DNA from: Alphaproteobacteria bacterium
Lineage (GTDB): Bacteria; Pseudomonadota; Alphaproteobacteria; Sphingomonadales; Emcibacteraceae
NCBI GenBank assembly: GCA_030432815.1
Contig: JAUILB010000001.1
Span: 1-45,940 of the forward strand
Direction of reading: 5' to 3'
DNA length: 45,940 nucleotides
Shown here one piece after another: positions 10,029 to 20,260 of the stretch. Positions within the stretch are counted from its first letter, which is position 1. Every line of letters starts with the position of its first letter. The notes below the pieces were generated by a model. The model was not told the DNA's origin. It did no database searches and saw only the letters and a list, made by a program, of their open reading frames with translations. The translations under genes and the position numbers were made by a program.

Positions 10029-10853
10029 TCAATTTTCAGTACTGGGCACTATGGCAAATACTCTGGCTGGAAATCCTGAACCATCTTCAACTAATGGCCA
10101 GGTTGCAATGATGGTTGCGCCAGTTGCCGGTACCTGGTCCAAGTTTTTCATATTCTCAATCTGATATTTATCAAGTCCCATATAATATCGTTGAAGCGGC
10201 CAATCACCTGCACCCGCATTTACGCCCGGGTCCGTATCAAGTGTTTCATGTCCGATCGCGGTTATATTACGTTCCAACACGAGATAATCAATGACCTCTC
10301 TGCTCCAGCCGGGCGAATGGCTCACCTGTTCAAAATCCCGGTTGCGCATAAGATCGGTAGCCGGCCAGCGTTTAGACCAGTCCGTCCGCAATGCAACGAA
10401 GCTGTTTGAAGGAATTGGCCCATGAATTTCTTCCCATTCACTAATGTCTGCCATTCTGATTTGGTAATCGGGATTTTCTTCTACCTTATTGTGAACATCA
10501 AGAACGATTAACGGCAGAATCATTTCACTAAGCGGTATATCTTCTAATGTTCTTAAGCCCTGAACAAAATGAACGGGTGGATCAACATGGGTTCCCCATT
10601 GACCTGGGAAGTTATATCTGTGGATTCCGGCAGTTCCATCGTCATGAGCACTAAAAGTTGTTATGGTTGGCGGATTGTTACCGGATGGGCCGCTCGGCAT
10701 TCCTTCTTCAAGCCTGTGGCTGAGCTCAATTAATGTTGCGTTTTCTATAAGATCAGTAAAACCTGTTTTTACAGGGGTTAAATTGTTTACGGCCGCTAAA
10801 TAACCACCAGCGGCAGCGATGGCGACGAAAATTATATTTAGCCATGGTTTCAC
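10029..10853 (-). CDS. Cyclase family metal-dependent hydrolase (kynurenine formamidase-like) with N-terminal signal/anchor
   Basis: IELSH, QWGTHVDPPVH, LRTDWS, GHETLDTD, QIENMKNL, GFPARVFA. Confidence 0.85.
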   Translation of the reverse strand: MKPWLNIIFVAIAAAGGYLAAVNNLTPVKTGFTDLIENATLIELSHRLEEGMPSGPSGNNPPTITTFSAHDDGTAGIHRYNFPGQWGTHVDPPVHFVQGLRTLEDIPLSEMILPLIVLDVHNKVEENPDYQIRMADISEWEEIHGPIPSNSFVALRTDWSKRWPATDLMRNRDFEQVSHSPGWSREVIDYLVLERNITAIGHETLDTDPGVNAGAGDWPLQRYYMGLDKYQIENMKNLDQVPATGATIIATWPLVEDGSGFPARVFAIVPSTEN

Positions 10854-10974
10854 ATTATTTCTCCGTCCTTTAATTTCAGAACAGGCCTATACTACTATAA
10901 TTACCGCCGTTTGATATGGTCTTTTATCATAAAGTCTGTAATATTATTTTGATGAATAAGTAAAGGGGATATCA

Positions 10975-12705
10975 ATGAAAAAATTAATATGCATATTGTT
11001 TTCTATTTTCGCGCTTACTGCCTGCGGGCAGGTGGAGCAGAAAAACGAAACCAACATTTCGTTCAGTATTGAGTTTCCATCTTCGATAGGTGGTGAGCAG
11101 GATGGCCGTCTTATGGTCATGCTATCCAATAATGATCAATCAGAGCCGCGTTTTCAAATCAACCCCGGGCCTACGGGGCAGCTTATATTTGGCAAGGATG
11201 TTACCGATTGGCAACCTGACACGCCGGAAATTATTAATCATAATCACCGGGGATATCCATTTGTGAGTGTTAATGATATCCCGCCCGGGGATTATTATGT
11301 CCAGGCGATAATTAATCGCTATAAGGATTTTAATTTATCCAATGGCAAAACGGTTTCCCTGCCGCCGGAAATGGGTGAAGGGCAGCAGTGGAACAGAAAA
11401 CCGGGTAATTTTTATAGTGAACCTGTGAAGATTACTATTGGTGAGGGCGATGCACAGACAATCAATATAACGATGGATCAGGAAATACCCCCTATAACAC
11501 CGCCAGCGGATACAAAATATATCAAGCATATTAAAATGAAGAGCGAAATGCTCAGTGAATTCTGGGGTGAGGATGTCGAGCTTGGTGCACATGTGCTTCT
11601 GCCCCATGGATTTGATGAACATCCCGATGCAAAATATCCACTTATGATTTTCCATGGACATTTCCCTGCTGATTTTGGTGGCTTTAGTGAAACGCCGCCT
11701 GATCCTGATATGGAACCGACTTACAGTGCCCGATTTGATATTGATGGATATAATATTTTGCAGGCGCAGGCCGCCTATGATTTTTACAAGTTATGGACAA
11801 GTGATGATTTTCCACGTTTTATAATAATTGAAATTCAGCACGCGACCCCGTATTACGACGATAGCTATGCCGTTAATTCTGCAAGTCAGGGGCCATATGG
11901 TGATGCCCTTACGTACGAATTAATCCCTTATATAGAGGAACAGTTCAGGGGTATTGGTGAAGGCTGGTCCCGCTTTACATATGGCGGTTCAACCGGTGGG
12001 TGGGAAGCGCTTGCTGTACAGGTATTTTATCCAGACGAATATAATGGCACCTTTGCGGCATGCCCTGATCCGATCGATTTTCGGGCTTATACCGCGCTCA
12101 ATATCTATGAGGATAAAAACGCCTATTATTATGAAACCGATTATAAAGTAACTCCGAGACCGGGGCAGCGGGATTATCTTGGTAATGTGAATTACAGTAT
12201 TGCCGATGATAACCACCTCGAAGCCGTGATCGGCAGCAAATCACGTAGCGGTAGACAATATGATATTTGGGAAGCAACATATTCGCCAATGGGTGATGAT
12301 GGCTATCCTGTGCGTCTTTGGGATAAAATTACCGGAGAAATAAACCCTGAAGTTGCTGAATACTGGCGGGAAAATTATGATCTTCGGCACATCATGGAGC
12401 GCGATTGGCAAACTCTTGGACCAAAACTTGAAGGAAAAATTCATATATATGTTGGTGATATGGATAACTATTACCTGAACAATGCGGTATATCTTACAGA
12501 AGAGTTTTTGAAAAATACCACCAACCCATATTTTGGTGGTGAAGTTGATTATGGTGATCGGGCCGAGCATTGCTGGAATGGTGATCATGAAAACGGCAAT
12601 GGCATTTCCAGACTAAACTATAATTTTATGTATGTTGATAAAATTTTAAAACGTATCGAAGAATCAGCCCCCGAAGGGGCGGATCTTAAGAGTTGGAGAT
12701 ACTAA
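10975..12705 (+). CDS. Lipoprotein, putative alpha/beta-hydrolase (esterase-like), uncharacterised
   Basis: Lipobox LTAC; nucleophile elbow GGSTGG; VGDMD and AEHC as candidate Asp/His; divergent from the cyclase gene. Confidence 0.7.
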   Translation: MKKLICILFSIFALTACGQVEQKNETNISFSIEFPSSIGGEQDGRLMVMLSNNDQSEPRFQINPGPTGQLIFGKDVTDWQPDTPEIINHNHRGYPFVSVNDIPPGDYYVQAIINRYKDFNLSNGKTVSLPPEMGEGQQWNRKPGNFYSEPVKITIGEGDAQTINITMDQEIPPITPPADTKYIKHIKMKSEMLSEFWGEDVELGAHVLLPHGFDEHPDAKYPLMIFHGHFPADFGGFSETPPDPDMEPTYSARFDIDGYNILQAQAAYDFYKLWTSDDFPRFIIIEIQHATPYYDDSYAVNSASQGPYGDALTYELIPYIEEQFRGIGEGWSRFTYGGSTGGWEALAVQVFYPDEYNGTFAACPDPIDFRAYTALNIYEDKNAYYYETDYKVTPRPGQRDYLGNVNYSIADDNHLEAVIGSKSRSGRQYDIWEATYSPMGDDGYPVRLWDKITGEINPEVAEYWRENYDLRHIMERDWQTLGPKLEGKIHIYVGDMDNYYLNNAVYLTEEFLKNTTNPYFGGEVDYGDRAEHCWNGDHENGNGISRLNYNFMYVDKILKRIEESAPEGADLKSWRY

Positions 12706-12707
12706 AA

Positions 12708-13421
12708 ATGACGGATGAATTATTCCGCGAAGATGCCTATTTAAAATCATGTGATGCAAAGGTTACCAAAATCAATGATCTTGGTGGCATCATATTGGAC
12801 CGGACGGTGTTTTACCCTACAGGCGGGGGGCAGCCGGGTGACAGCGGTATCATAACATGCGGTGATAATCGAATAGAAATAGCGACGACGGTGAATGACC
12901 GTGAAACCGGTGAGCTTGTCCATGTTCCGAAAGAAGGCCAGCAATTGCCGAATGTTGGTGATGATGTATCATTGGAGATTGATTGGGACAGAAGGTATCT
13001 GCATATGCGTATGCATACAGGGCTTCATTTATTATGTGCGGCCGTACCATGTGGCGTGACGGGTGGTCAGATAGGTGCAGAAAAAAGCCGGCTTGATTTT
13101 GATATAGGGGATATGACGCTTGATAAGGAAGAAATTACTGAAAAACTGAATAATTTCATGGCCGGAAATCACGCTGTCACATCCAGCTGGATAACTGACG
13201 ATGAAATGGATGCAAACCCGGAACTAGTACGAACCATGTCGGTAAAACCACCCCGAAAAGGTGGCGGTGTAAGACTTATGAAAGTCGGTGAAGCGGTTGA
13301 TCTTCAACCATGTGGCGGGACCCATGTTAAAAATACATCTGAAATTGGCAAGCTGCGGGTGTCAAAAATTGAAAATAAAGGAAAAAGAAACAGGCGGGTA
13401 AATATCGTCTTTGATGAATAA
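12708..13421 (+). CDS. alaX: Free-standing alanyl-tRNA editing protein (AlaX-M type)
   Basis: TVFYPTGGGQPGD; Zn motifs HTGLH and CGGTH; GGAG RBS before ATG 12708. Confidence 0.9.
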   Translation: MTDELFREDAYLKSCDAKVTKINDLGGIILDRTVFYPTGGGQPGDSGIITCGDNRIEIATTVNDRETGELVHVPKEGQQLPNVGDDVSLEIDWDRRYLHMRMHTGLHLLCAAVPCGVTGGQIGAEKSRLDFDIGDMTLDKEEITEKLNNFMAGNHAVTSSWITDDEMDANPELVRTMSVKPPRKGGGVRLMKVGEAVDLQPCGGTHVKNTSEIGKLRVSKIENKGKRNRRVNIVFDE

Positions 13422-13430
13422 GGAATTAGG

Positions 13431-13931
13431 ATGAAAAAAATTATTGTTGTGCTTATAAGCTTTGGATTGATGATCGCGCCCGGTTTTGCGCAAAACTTTC
13501 CCGAGGATGAGAAGGCAATTATGGCGGTGCTGGATGATTTTCATGATGCGGCAGCAAAGGCAGACAAGGATCGCTATCTGGGTCATTTTACTGAAAACGG
13601 TGTGTTTCTTGGAACGGACGAATGGGAACGCTGGCCGCTTCATCCGGATTTTACAGATTATGTGGAAATGAGGTTTGCAAATGGAGGCTGGTCCTATCAT
13701 TCGGAAAAGAAAAATATAAATTTTTCAAAGGACGGCATGGTTGCATGGTTTGATGAAACAAGCATTTCAAACCGGAATGGGGGGCGTTTTCGCGGTTCCG
13801 GTGTTTTGGAAAAAATAGACGGCACATGGAAGATTGCCCATTATGTGCTGAGCTTTCTTGTATATAACGAAGTTGCTGGCGAAGTAGGGGGTATAATCAA
13901 TACCGAACGTGAAAAACGAGGCGAAAATTAA
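13431..13931 (+). CDS. Exported SnoaL/NTF2-like protein
   Basis: Signal peptide; LDDFHDAAAKAD, FLGTDEWERW, VAWFDE, RGSGVL, WKIAHYVLS. Confidence 0.8.
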   Translation: MKKIIVVLISFGLMIAPGFAQNFPEDEKAIMAVLDDFHDAAAKADKDRYLGHFTENGVFLGTDEWERWPLHPDFTDYVEMRFANGGWSYHSEKKNINFSKDGMVAWFDETSISNRNGGRFRGSGVLEKIDGTWKIAHYVLSFLVYNEVAGEVGGIINTEREKRGEN

Positions 13932-14800
13932 AGGTAACTTTTAATAAGTTTATCAATCTTGTCCGGGGGAGTGCCGCTTTTTCGGATCGACTTTAATGTG
14001 ATTGACTTATTCCTTTTGGCAAGCCTGGTGCCATCTTTTGTGGTTAGCAGTGGATGATGATCATAGGTTGGCGTGTCCAAATCAAGCAAAAATTGCAATA
14101 ACCGATGAAAATGACTGGCATAATATAAATCCTCTCCTCGGATAACATTTGTAATGCCTTGTATATGGTCATCAACAACCACGGATAAATGATAACTGGT
14201 TGGGAAATCTTTTCTGGCCAGAACCACATCACCCAACAGTTTCGGGTCAGCGGTCTGTTTTCCTGTTTTAAGGTCAGTCCAGCAAAGCGGTTCTTTGACC
14301 AGTTTCAGTGCCTTTTTCAGATCAAGTCGCATGGCATGGGGGATACCCTCCGCAATTTTCTGATCACGTTCACTGTTTGTAAGATGCTTACAGATACCGG
14401 GATAGATAATACCCTCCGGTCCCATTTTGGGGCCCAAATGCGGGGCTCTTGTGCTTTCCTCAATTTCGTTTCTGATGTCGCGTCTTGTACAAAAACAGGG
14501 ATATAAAAGCCCCATGTCATCAAGTTTTGAAAGCGCGTTTGCGTAATCTTCAAAATGTTCGGATTGTCGCCTTATGGGTGTTTGCCAGTTAAAACCAAGC
14601 CATTTAAGGTCTTCAAAAATCGCATCTTCATATTCCGTTTTACAGCGCAGGTGATCTATGTCTTCGATGCGGATAATAAATTCACCATTATGCTCAAGTG
14701 CAAAATCATAATTTAATTTTGCACTATATGCATGACCAAGATGCAGGTAACCGCTGGGGCTTGGAGCAAAGCGGGTGATTATTTTATCGGATTGCGTCAT
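13928..14800 (-). CDS. gluQ: tRNA glutamyl-Q(34) synthetase
   Basis: RFAPSPSGYLHLGH, RIEDID, YPCFCTR, VVVDD, RGEDL, RLAKR; no anticodon-binding domain; start moved to ATG 14800. Confidence 0.9.
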   Translation of the reverse strand: MTQSDKIITRFAPSPSGYLHLGHAYSAKLNYDFALEHNGEFIIRIEDIDHLRCKTEYEDAIFEDLKWLGFNWQTPIRRQSEHFEDYANALSKLDDMGLLYPCFCTRRDIRNEIEESTRAPHLGPKMGPEGIIYPGICKHLTNSERDQKIAEGIPHAMRLDLKKALKLVKEPLCWTDLKTGKQTADPKLLGDVVLARKDFPTSYHLSVVVDDHIQGITNVIRGEDLYYASHFHRLLQFLLDLDTPTYDHHPLLTTKDGTRLAKRNKSITLKSIRKSGTPPDKIDKLIKSYL

Positions 14801-14868
14801 TACCTTCGTTACTGTAAAAATATTTGAACATTTTCTATAACAAGTTTTAAGCAGAAAGCGAAGTACCC

Positions 14869-15519
14869 ATGTCAGAATTACCGATACTTGATGGCCCACG
14901 TATAGAACCCGAAGACGGTAATGTGGAAAAACTGGTAATCCTTTGTCATGGTTATGGCTCAAACGGAGACGATCTGATCGGGCTTGTGCCGCATCTGAAA
15001 CCTTATATGAAAAACGCTGTGTTTGTGTCGCCAAATGCGCCGGAACCGGTCATGGGACTTCCAAATGGGTACCAATGGTTCCCGCTTACGAATTTAAGCA
15101 GGGAAGAAAGATTGACCGGTACCATAGCAGCGGCGCCCACGCTACAGAATTTTATTGATCAGGAACTTGAAAGATACGGACTGGAAGATAAAGATGTGGT
15201 TTTGATTGGTTTTTCACAAGGGACCATGATGTGCCTTCATGTGGCCTTGCGCCGCAAACATGCTATTGCCGGGGTAGTGGGGTTTTCCGGGGCAATGACC
15301 TTAGGGGAAACCTGGAAGGATGAAGTGACATCAAAACCACCGATTATATTGATCCATGGTGAACGGGATGACGTCGTTCCCGTAGAGCTGATGCATCAGG
15401 CTTTCATAGCACTTCAGGAAATAGGGGTCGATGTGGATAATCATGTCTCGCCTGCCGTGATGCATTCTATAGGGCCGGACGGGCTTCATAAAGCAATAGA
15501 ATTTCTTGTGAAACTTTAA
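14869..15519 (+). CDS. Phospholipase/carboxylesterase (alpha/beta hydrolase)
   Basis: HGYGSNG, GFSQG, HGERDDVVP, HSI triad motifs. Confidence 0.9.
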   Translation: MSELPILDGPRIEPEDGNVEKLVILCHGYGSNGDDLIGLVPHLKPYMKNAVFVSPNAPEPVMGLPNGYQWFPLTNLSREERLTGTIAAAPTLQNFIDQELERYGLEDKDVVLIGFSQGTMMCLHVALRRKHAIAGVVGFSGAMTLGETWKDEVTSKPPIILIHGERDDVVPVELMHQAFIALQEIGVDVDNHVSPAVMHSIGPDGLHKAIEFLVKL

Positions 15520-16070
15520 ATACGCTCCGCAACCTTGATAACGGCTTTTACACCCAGTTTAATGGCACCATAAAGTATGCCGTGTCCGGGGGTTTCCTGT
15601 GCGCCATTTTCAATGGCAATTTTCTTATGCTCTACTTCTTCCTGGCGGAATTTTTCCAAGGTTTCAGCAAGCGCACCTTCATCTTCATCCAGGCTTTCAA
15701 TTTGTTCGGCGTAATGTTTATCAATCACTTCTTCGACGGCTTCTGTACAGGCCATCGCGGCTTTTGGTCCCATAAGGGCGGTACTTGCACCAAGCGCAAA
15801 GCCGGCTGCGTGCCACAGGGGTGTGATCAGGGTGGGACGCACATTATATTCACGGATCAGCTTGTTGAAGCGCTCAAGATGGACGTCTTCCTGTTCTTTC
15901 ATATGTTTGATTGTATCTGACATGGGATGATTATCACCAAACACAGCCAGTTGCCCTTCATAAATGCGGACAGCCCCGTATTCCCCTGCATGATCAACAC
16001 GGATAATGCGGTCAAGCTGATCTGCCTTGCTTGGGCGATTTGGTACGCGCTTATTTTTCAAATTGGTCAT
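15516..16070 (-). CDS. coq7: 5-demethoxyubiquinone hydroxylase (di-iron)
   Basis: RVDHAGEYGAVRIYEGQ, EDVH, AMACTEAVE, EVEH. Confidence 0.92.
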   Translation of the reverse strand: MTNLKNKRVPNRPSKADQLDRIIRVDHAGEYGAVRIYEGQLAVFGDNHPMSDTIKHMKEQEDVHLERFNKLIREYNVRPTLITPLWHAAGFALGASTALMGPKAAMACTEAVEEVIDKHYAEQIESLDEDEGALAETLEKFRQEEVEHKKIAIENGAQETPGHGILYGAIKLGVKAVIKVAERI

Positions 16071-16585
16071 TTTTTAATATCCTGTTTCACGCTTATAAGC
16101 AGCATTATAAAGATTATAAGTGAAAAGAGGAAGTTATATCCGGCCATTGAAATACCAAACAAATCCCAGGGAATATCATCACAGCGCACAAAAGCAACAC
16201 TGTTCAGGCTATCCATGATTTGTTCCATTGAAAGATCTTCACCATCAAGCTGTAACGTGCAGCTATCAGGGCCTTCCCACCATTTTTGTTCGACGCCTGC
16301 ATGATAGCCTGAATATCCGACACTTCCGGCATATGCAAAGAGTGTTAACATTTTAAAACGCAAATATTTGGTAGGTGAATTTTTTCGCATATAAAGCGTG
16401 AAGCAACCGAACACGATTGCGGCCATGTGGGCATATCTTTGCGGCCAGCATAAATCACAGGGAAAAAGGCCCCCGATATATTCAAAACCATATGCCCCAC
16501 TTAACATAAAAACGGACGCAAGTACGGCCATTTCAACGATATTTAAAAACGCATAATTATAAATTGATTTTAGGTTTTTAAGCAT
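16067..16585 (-). CDS. dsbB: Disulfide bond formation protein B family
   Basis: PCDLCWPQR, YHAGVE..WW.GP..C, RCD..W..FGISMAGYN. Confidence 0.88.
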   Translation of the reverse strand: MLKNLKSIYNYAFLNIVEMAVLASVFMLSGAYGFEYIGGLFPCDLCWPQRYAHMAAIVFGCFTLYMRKNSPTKYLRFKMLTLFAYAGSVGYSGYHAGVEQKWWEGPDSCTLQLDGEDLSMEQIMDSLNSVAFVRCDDIPWDLFGISMAGYNFLFSLIIFIMLLISVKQDIKK

Positions 16586-16588
16586 GCC

Positions 16589-17167
16589 TTATACATACTT
16601 GAGAAGAACAAACGCGCCAACCAAAAAAACACAAAATAAAATGGTAAGTATCCCTAGACGTTTTTCAATAAAATCACGGATCGGGGCACCATATTTCCAT
16701 AGAAGCCATGCCACCAGGAAAAAACGCGCGCTTCTTGAAATAGCACTCGTAATGGTGAAGGTCACAAGGTCAAGTCCGGTGACACCACTGGCGATGGTAA
16801 AAACTTTGTATGGGATCGGTGAAAAACCAGCAACGCCAACAATGATAGCGCCCCATTCATTGTAGAGCACCTGGAAGCGTTCAAATTGTGTTTGAAGGCT
16901 ATAAAAATCAACAATCGGCTGGCCGATAAGGTCAAAGAAATATGCACCAATAGCATAACCAAAAAGACCACCCAAAAGGGAGCTTACAGAACACACGAAA
17001 GCAATTTTCCATGCCCGTGTGGGCGCAGCAAGCACCATTGGGATAAGTAAAACATCCGGTGGAATGGGGAAAAAGGAACTTTCGGCAAAAGCCATAATGG
17101 CGAGTATCCAGAGCGCCTTTGGATGGTCCGCCAGATCCATTACATGGTCATACATTTTTTTAAGCAT
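16589..17167 (-). CDS. yqaA: YqaA family (DedA/VTT) membrane protein
   Basis: AFAESSFFPIPPD, SPIPYKVFTIASG, SRSARFF. Confidence 0.88.
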   Translation of the reverse strand: MLKKMYDHVMDLADHPKALWILAIMAFAESSFFPIPPDVLLIPMVLAAPTRAWKIAFVCSVSSLLGGLFGYAIGAYFFDLIGQPIVDFYSLQTQFERFQVLYNEWGAIIVGVAGFSPIPYKVFTIASGVTGLDLVTFTITSAISRSARFFLVAWLLWKYGAPIRDFIEKRLGILTILFCVFLVGAFVLLKYV

Positions 17168-17258
17168 TTATACCCAACTCTGGTTACCTGTCAGCCTAGT
17201 TCTACAACAAAAGGCATTAAAAAAAAGTAATTTATTGAAAATCAGGTCATTCATATGC

Positions 17259-17292
17259 TTGACGGCAGCAAAGTTAGCGTTATGATGCGCCG
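17259..17292 (+). promoter_or_regulatory. Sigma70 stable-RNA-type promoter for the tRNA pair
   Basis: TTGACG-16 nt-TATGAT followed by GC-rich discriminator GCGCCG. Confidence 0.7.
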
Positions 17293-17328
17293 TTACCATG
17301 CATTATTGCATGTTAATTCCATCTCAGT

Positions 17329-17414
17329 GCCCCTGTGGCGGAATTGGTAGACGCGCCGGATTCAAAATCCGGTTTCCTTTGGAAGTGTCGGTTCGAGTCC
17401 GACTGGGGGCACCA
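17329..17414 (+). tRNA. tRNA-Leu(CAA)
   Basis: Acceptor GCCCCTG/TGGGGGC-A-CCA; anticodon arm CCGGA-TTCAAAA-TCCGG; long variable arm; GGTTCGAGTCC T-arm. Confidence 0.96.
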
Positions 17415-17420
17415 TGTTTG

Positions 17421-17508
17421 GCCCAGGTGGCGGAATTGGTAGACGCGCTAGCTTCAGGTGCTAGTGTTCTTTATGGACGTGGAGGTTCGAGTCCTCTTCT
17501 GGGCACCA
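17421..17508 (+). tRNA. tRNA-Leu(CAG)
   Basis: Acceptor GCCCAGG/TCTGGGC-A-CCA; anticodon arm CTAGC-TTCAGGT-GCTAG; long variable arm; GGTTCGAGTCC. Confidence 0.96.
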
Positions 17509-17523
17509 AAAATCAGACAGGCT

Positions 17524-18755
17524 TCAGTTCGTTTTGGCTTTTTCAAGCTCTCCCAAATACCAGTCATAAAGTTTATCCAGCAGATATTCCATATCCGAAA
17601 GCGGACCGGGGGCGTATTTCTTGCTGTTAATCCCTTTCTGGTTATCAACAATGATTCGTTCATCCGCAAGAGTGGTTACGTTCCAAAGCCATGTCAGTTT
17701 TTCCAGATCATAGTCTACGCCCTCTTCGGCGTCACCACGAACAAGCCAATACTGATCACAGACTGATGTTTGATGACCTGTTGGTCGAAAGACATAAACA
17801 AGAGCGTGATCATTATAGATAAGGAAATGCGTAAGAAAACCGATATTCATATCAGATCCGCCATGATCGTAACCCGTTAGATTACCAAGGAGCGGGGCAA
17901 CAGGTGTGCCGTCCTTGCTTCCTGTTTTATATTTTTCATAAAGCGCATAGCGACCATAAGCAAATTGTTCCTGGCCTTCTTCCTGTTTTTCATATTGCTG
18001 ATCATGCACAATATTTTTAATACCACACGCTTCCATGCGTGATTCCATTGGTTTTTGCAGCTCATCGAATTTTTCAGGGACAACTTTTAGTGTATGACTT
18101 AATGAATATTCAGGATGTGAGGGGGCGCAGTGATAACATTCCTGATAATTTTCAAGTGTTACTTTCCAGTTCGCCGCGATCGGATATGTTTTATGCGCGG
18201 CGATCTTCATGTTCTCAAAGTCATACATTTCCATAACCTCAGCAAGATCACGTTTGACATTTGAAAGCGAAGTCGGATTATCACTGAAGTTGATAAAAAT
18301 CATGCCGCCTATCAGGTCGACATTGCAACGATGCAGTTTAATATCCTTCTTGTTAAAATTATCGGGCATGCCGCGTGCAGCAATCAGTTTTCTAAGTCAT
18401 AACCCCATGCATGGTAAGGGCAGACAAGTCTTTTGGCATTTCCGGATTGTTCTTTGCAGATATGCGATCCCCGATGGGCACAGACATTATAAAATGCGTT
18501 GATGGAACCATCATCGCTGCGAATTATGATTGCGCTTTCTTCAAGAAGGTTGAAAAGAAAATAATCACCCGGATTTGGAATTTGGCTGGCATGCCCGGCA
18601 AACATCCAGGTGTTGAAAATCATAGCTTTTTTTTCAAGTTCAAAAATATCCGGATCTTTGTAATAAGATTGGGGTAGTGACCAGCCTTTTTTACTGCCGT
18701 CAATTCTTAAATTGTCATTTCCTGTTTTGATAACCCTTTTTCTAAACTGACTCAA
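17524..18755 (-). pseudogene. Rieske non-heme iron oxygenase alpha subunit (GbcA/betaine-demethylase-like), frameshifted near 18390
   Basis: 5' part carries CAHRG...CPYHAWGY; 3' part in another frame carries NWKVTLENYQECYHC..SH; probable TTG start at 18755 behind AGGAG; could be a sequencing error. Confidence 0.8.
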
Positions 18756-18757
18756 TT

Positions 18758-20260
18758 TCACTCTCCTGTGGGAAAACTCAAATTTGCGCCGGCCATAATA
18801 CTTGTTGGCCATCTCATAGTTACCGTTTTGATTTTTGTCCAGAAACGGACGCCTTCGGGGCCATACATATGGTGATCACCGAAAATAGACCTTTTCCACC
18901 CACCAAAGCTATGGTGGGCAAGCGGTACCGGCAGTGGAACATTTACACCAACCATGCCGATCTTGATTTTTTTTGCAAAGTTTCGTGCGATATCGCCGTC
19001 ACGTGTAAAAATGCAAGTTCCATTTCCATATTCATGATTTTGAACCAGGTTAACGGCTTCTTCGTAGCTTTTCGCACGTACAACAACCAAAACGGGACCA
19101 AATATTTCCTGCTGGTAAACCGACATTTCCTTAGTTACGTGGTCAAGGAGTGTTGGGCCGCAAAAATACCCGTTTTCCAGTCCCGAAGGAGCTTCAAACC
19201 GGCGCCCGTCGAGTACGATTTTTGCCCCTTGGGCTTCGCCTTCGGATATCAGTCCCTGAACGCGCGCATTATGTTCTTTTGTAATAAGCGGCCCCATTTC
19301 ATTTTCTTTATCCATACCGCTACCGACCTTGATTTGGCTTGCCCGTTCGGTAATTGATGTGACCAGATTATCGGCGACATCATCACCAACGGCGACAGCA
19401 ACCGAAAGCGCCATGCAGCGTTCGCCTGCAGAACCATATGCGGCACCTATCATTGCATCGACAGCTTGATCTAGATCCGCGTCAGGCATTATAATTGCGT
19501 GGTTCTTTGCCCCGCCTAACGCCTGAACGCGTTTATTATGGGCGGTTCCGGTGTGGTAAATATATTCTGCAACCTGCGTTGAGCCAACAAAACTGATGGC
19601 GGCAATATCTTCGTGTTTAAGAAGGTGATCAACGGCAACTTTATCGCCGTGCACCACGTTGAACACACCGTCTGGCAGACCGGCTTCCTTGAACAAACGG
19701 GCAAGAATATTTGCTGCTGAAGGATCACGTTCGGAAGGTTTAAGAATAAATGTATTCCCACATGCAATTGCGAGAGGAATCGTCCATAAAGGAACCATCG
19801 CCGGGAAATTAAAAGGTGTAATTGAACACACAACACCAAGGGGCTGCCGCGTATTATAGCAATCAATGCCGGGCCCGACCTGTTCGGAAAATTCACCTTT
19901 GAGCATTTCCGGCATACCACAGGCATTTTCGACAATTTCAAACCCGCGGGTAAGTTCACCCATGGCATCATCCCAGACTTTGCCATGTTCCCTGACGATG
20001 GCAGTGCATAATTCTTCGCGGTTCGCCTCTAGTAGATCACGAAATTTAAAAAGAATAGCGACCCGTTTCATCAATCCGGTATCTGACCAGCTTAAAAATG
20101 CTTTATTGGCTGCTGCAACCGCTGCATCAACATCTGCAGTACTTGCAAGGCCGACTTCACCCTGCTGTTCGCCCGTGGCAGGGTTAAAAATAGGCGCTGT
20201 GCGGTTACCGCTTGCGGTTATTGTTTCACCGTTAATAAAATGGTCGACTTTATACATCAT
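18758..20260 (-). CDS. mmsA: CoA-acylating (methyl)malonate-semialdehyde dehydrogenase
   Basis: ITPFNFPAMVPLW, KPSERDP, SFVGST, GAKNH, AYGSAGERCMA, EIFGPV. Confidence 0.93.
   Translation of the reverse strand: MMYKVDHFINGETITASGNRTAPIFNPATGEQQGEVGLASTADVDAAVAAANKAFLSWSDTGLMKRVAILFKFRDLLEANREELCTAIVREHGKVWDDAMGELTRGFEIVENACGMPEMLKGEFSEQVGPGIDCYNTRQPLGVVCSITPFNFPAMVPLWTIPLAIACGNTFILKPSERDPSAANILARLFKEAGLPDGVFNVVHGDKVAVDHLLKHEDIAAISFVGSTQVAEYIYHTGTAHNKRVQALGGAKNHAIIMPDADLDQAVDAMIGAAYGSAGERCMALSVAVAVGDDVADNLVTSITERASQIKVGSGMDKENEMGPLITKEHNARVQGLISEGEAQGAKIVLDGRRFEAPSGLENGYFCGPTLLDHVTKEMSVYQQEIFGPVLVVVRAKSYEEAVNLVQNHEYGNGTCIFTRDGDIARNFAKKIKIGMVGVNVPLPVPLAHHSFGGWKRSIFGDHHMYGPEGVRFWTKIKTVTMRWPTSIMAGANLSFPTGE

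Noticed and set aside
12667-12680. GCCCC-CGAA-GGGGC hairpin upstream of alaX
   Set aside because: Lies within coding sequence (APEGA), no U-tract, single copy
14801-15034. N-terminal extension of gluQ in the ORF track (similar extensions for gcdH, acs, soeC and the ABC ATPase)
   Set aside because: Overlaps neighbouring genes; family homology begins at downstream ATGs
17298-17766. ORFs of 110, 71 and 102 aa over the tRNA region
   Set aside because: They overlap two clear tRNA genes and the Rieske gene; spurious
18384-18386. TGA as selenocysteine/readthrough in the Rieske gene
   Set aside because: Homology continues in a different frame, so this is a frameshift and not readthrough
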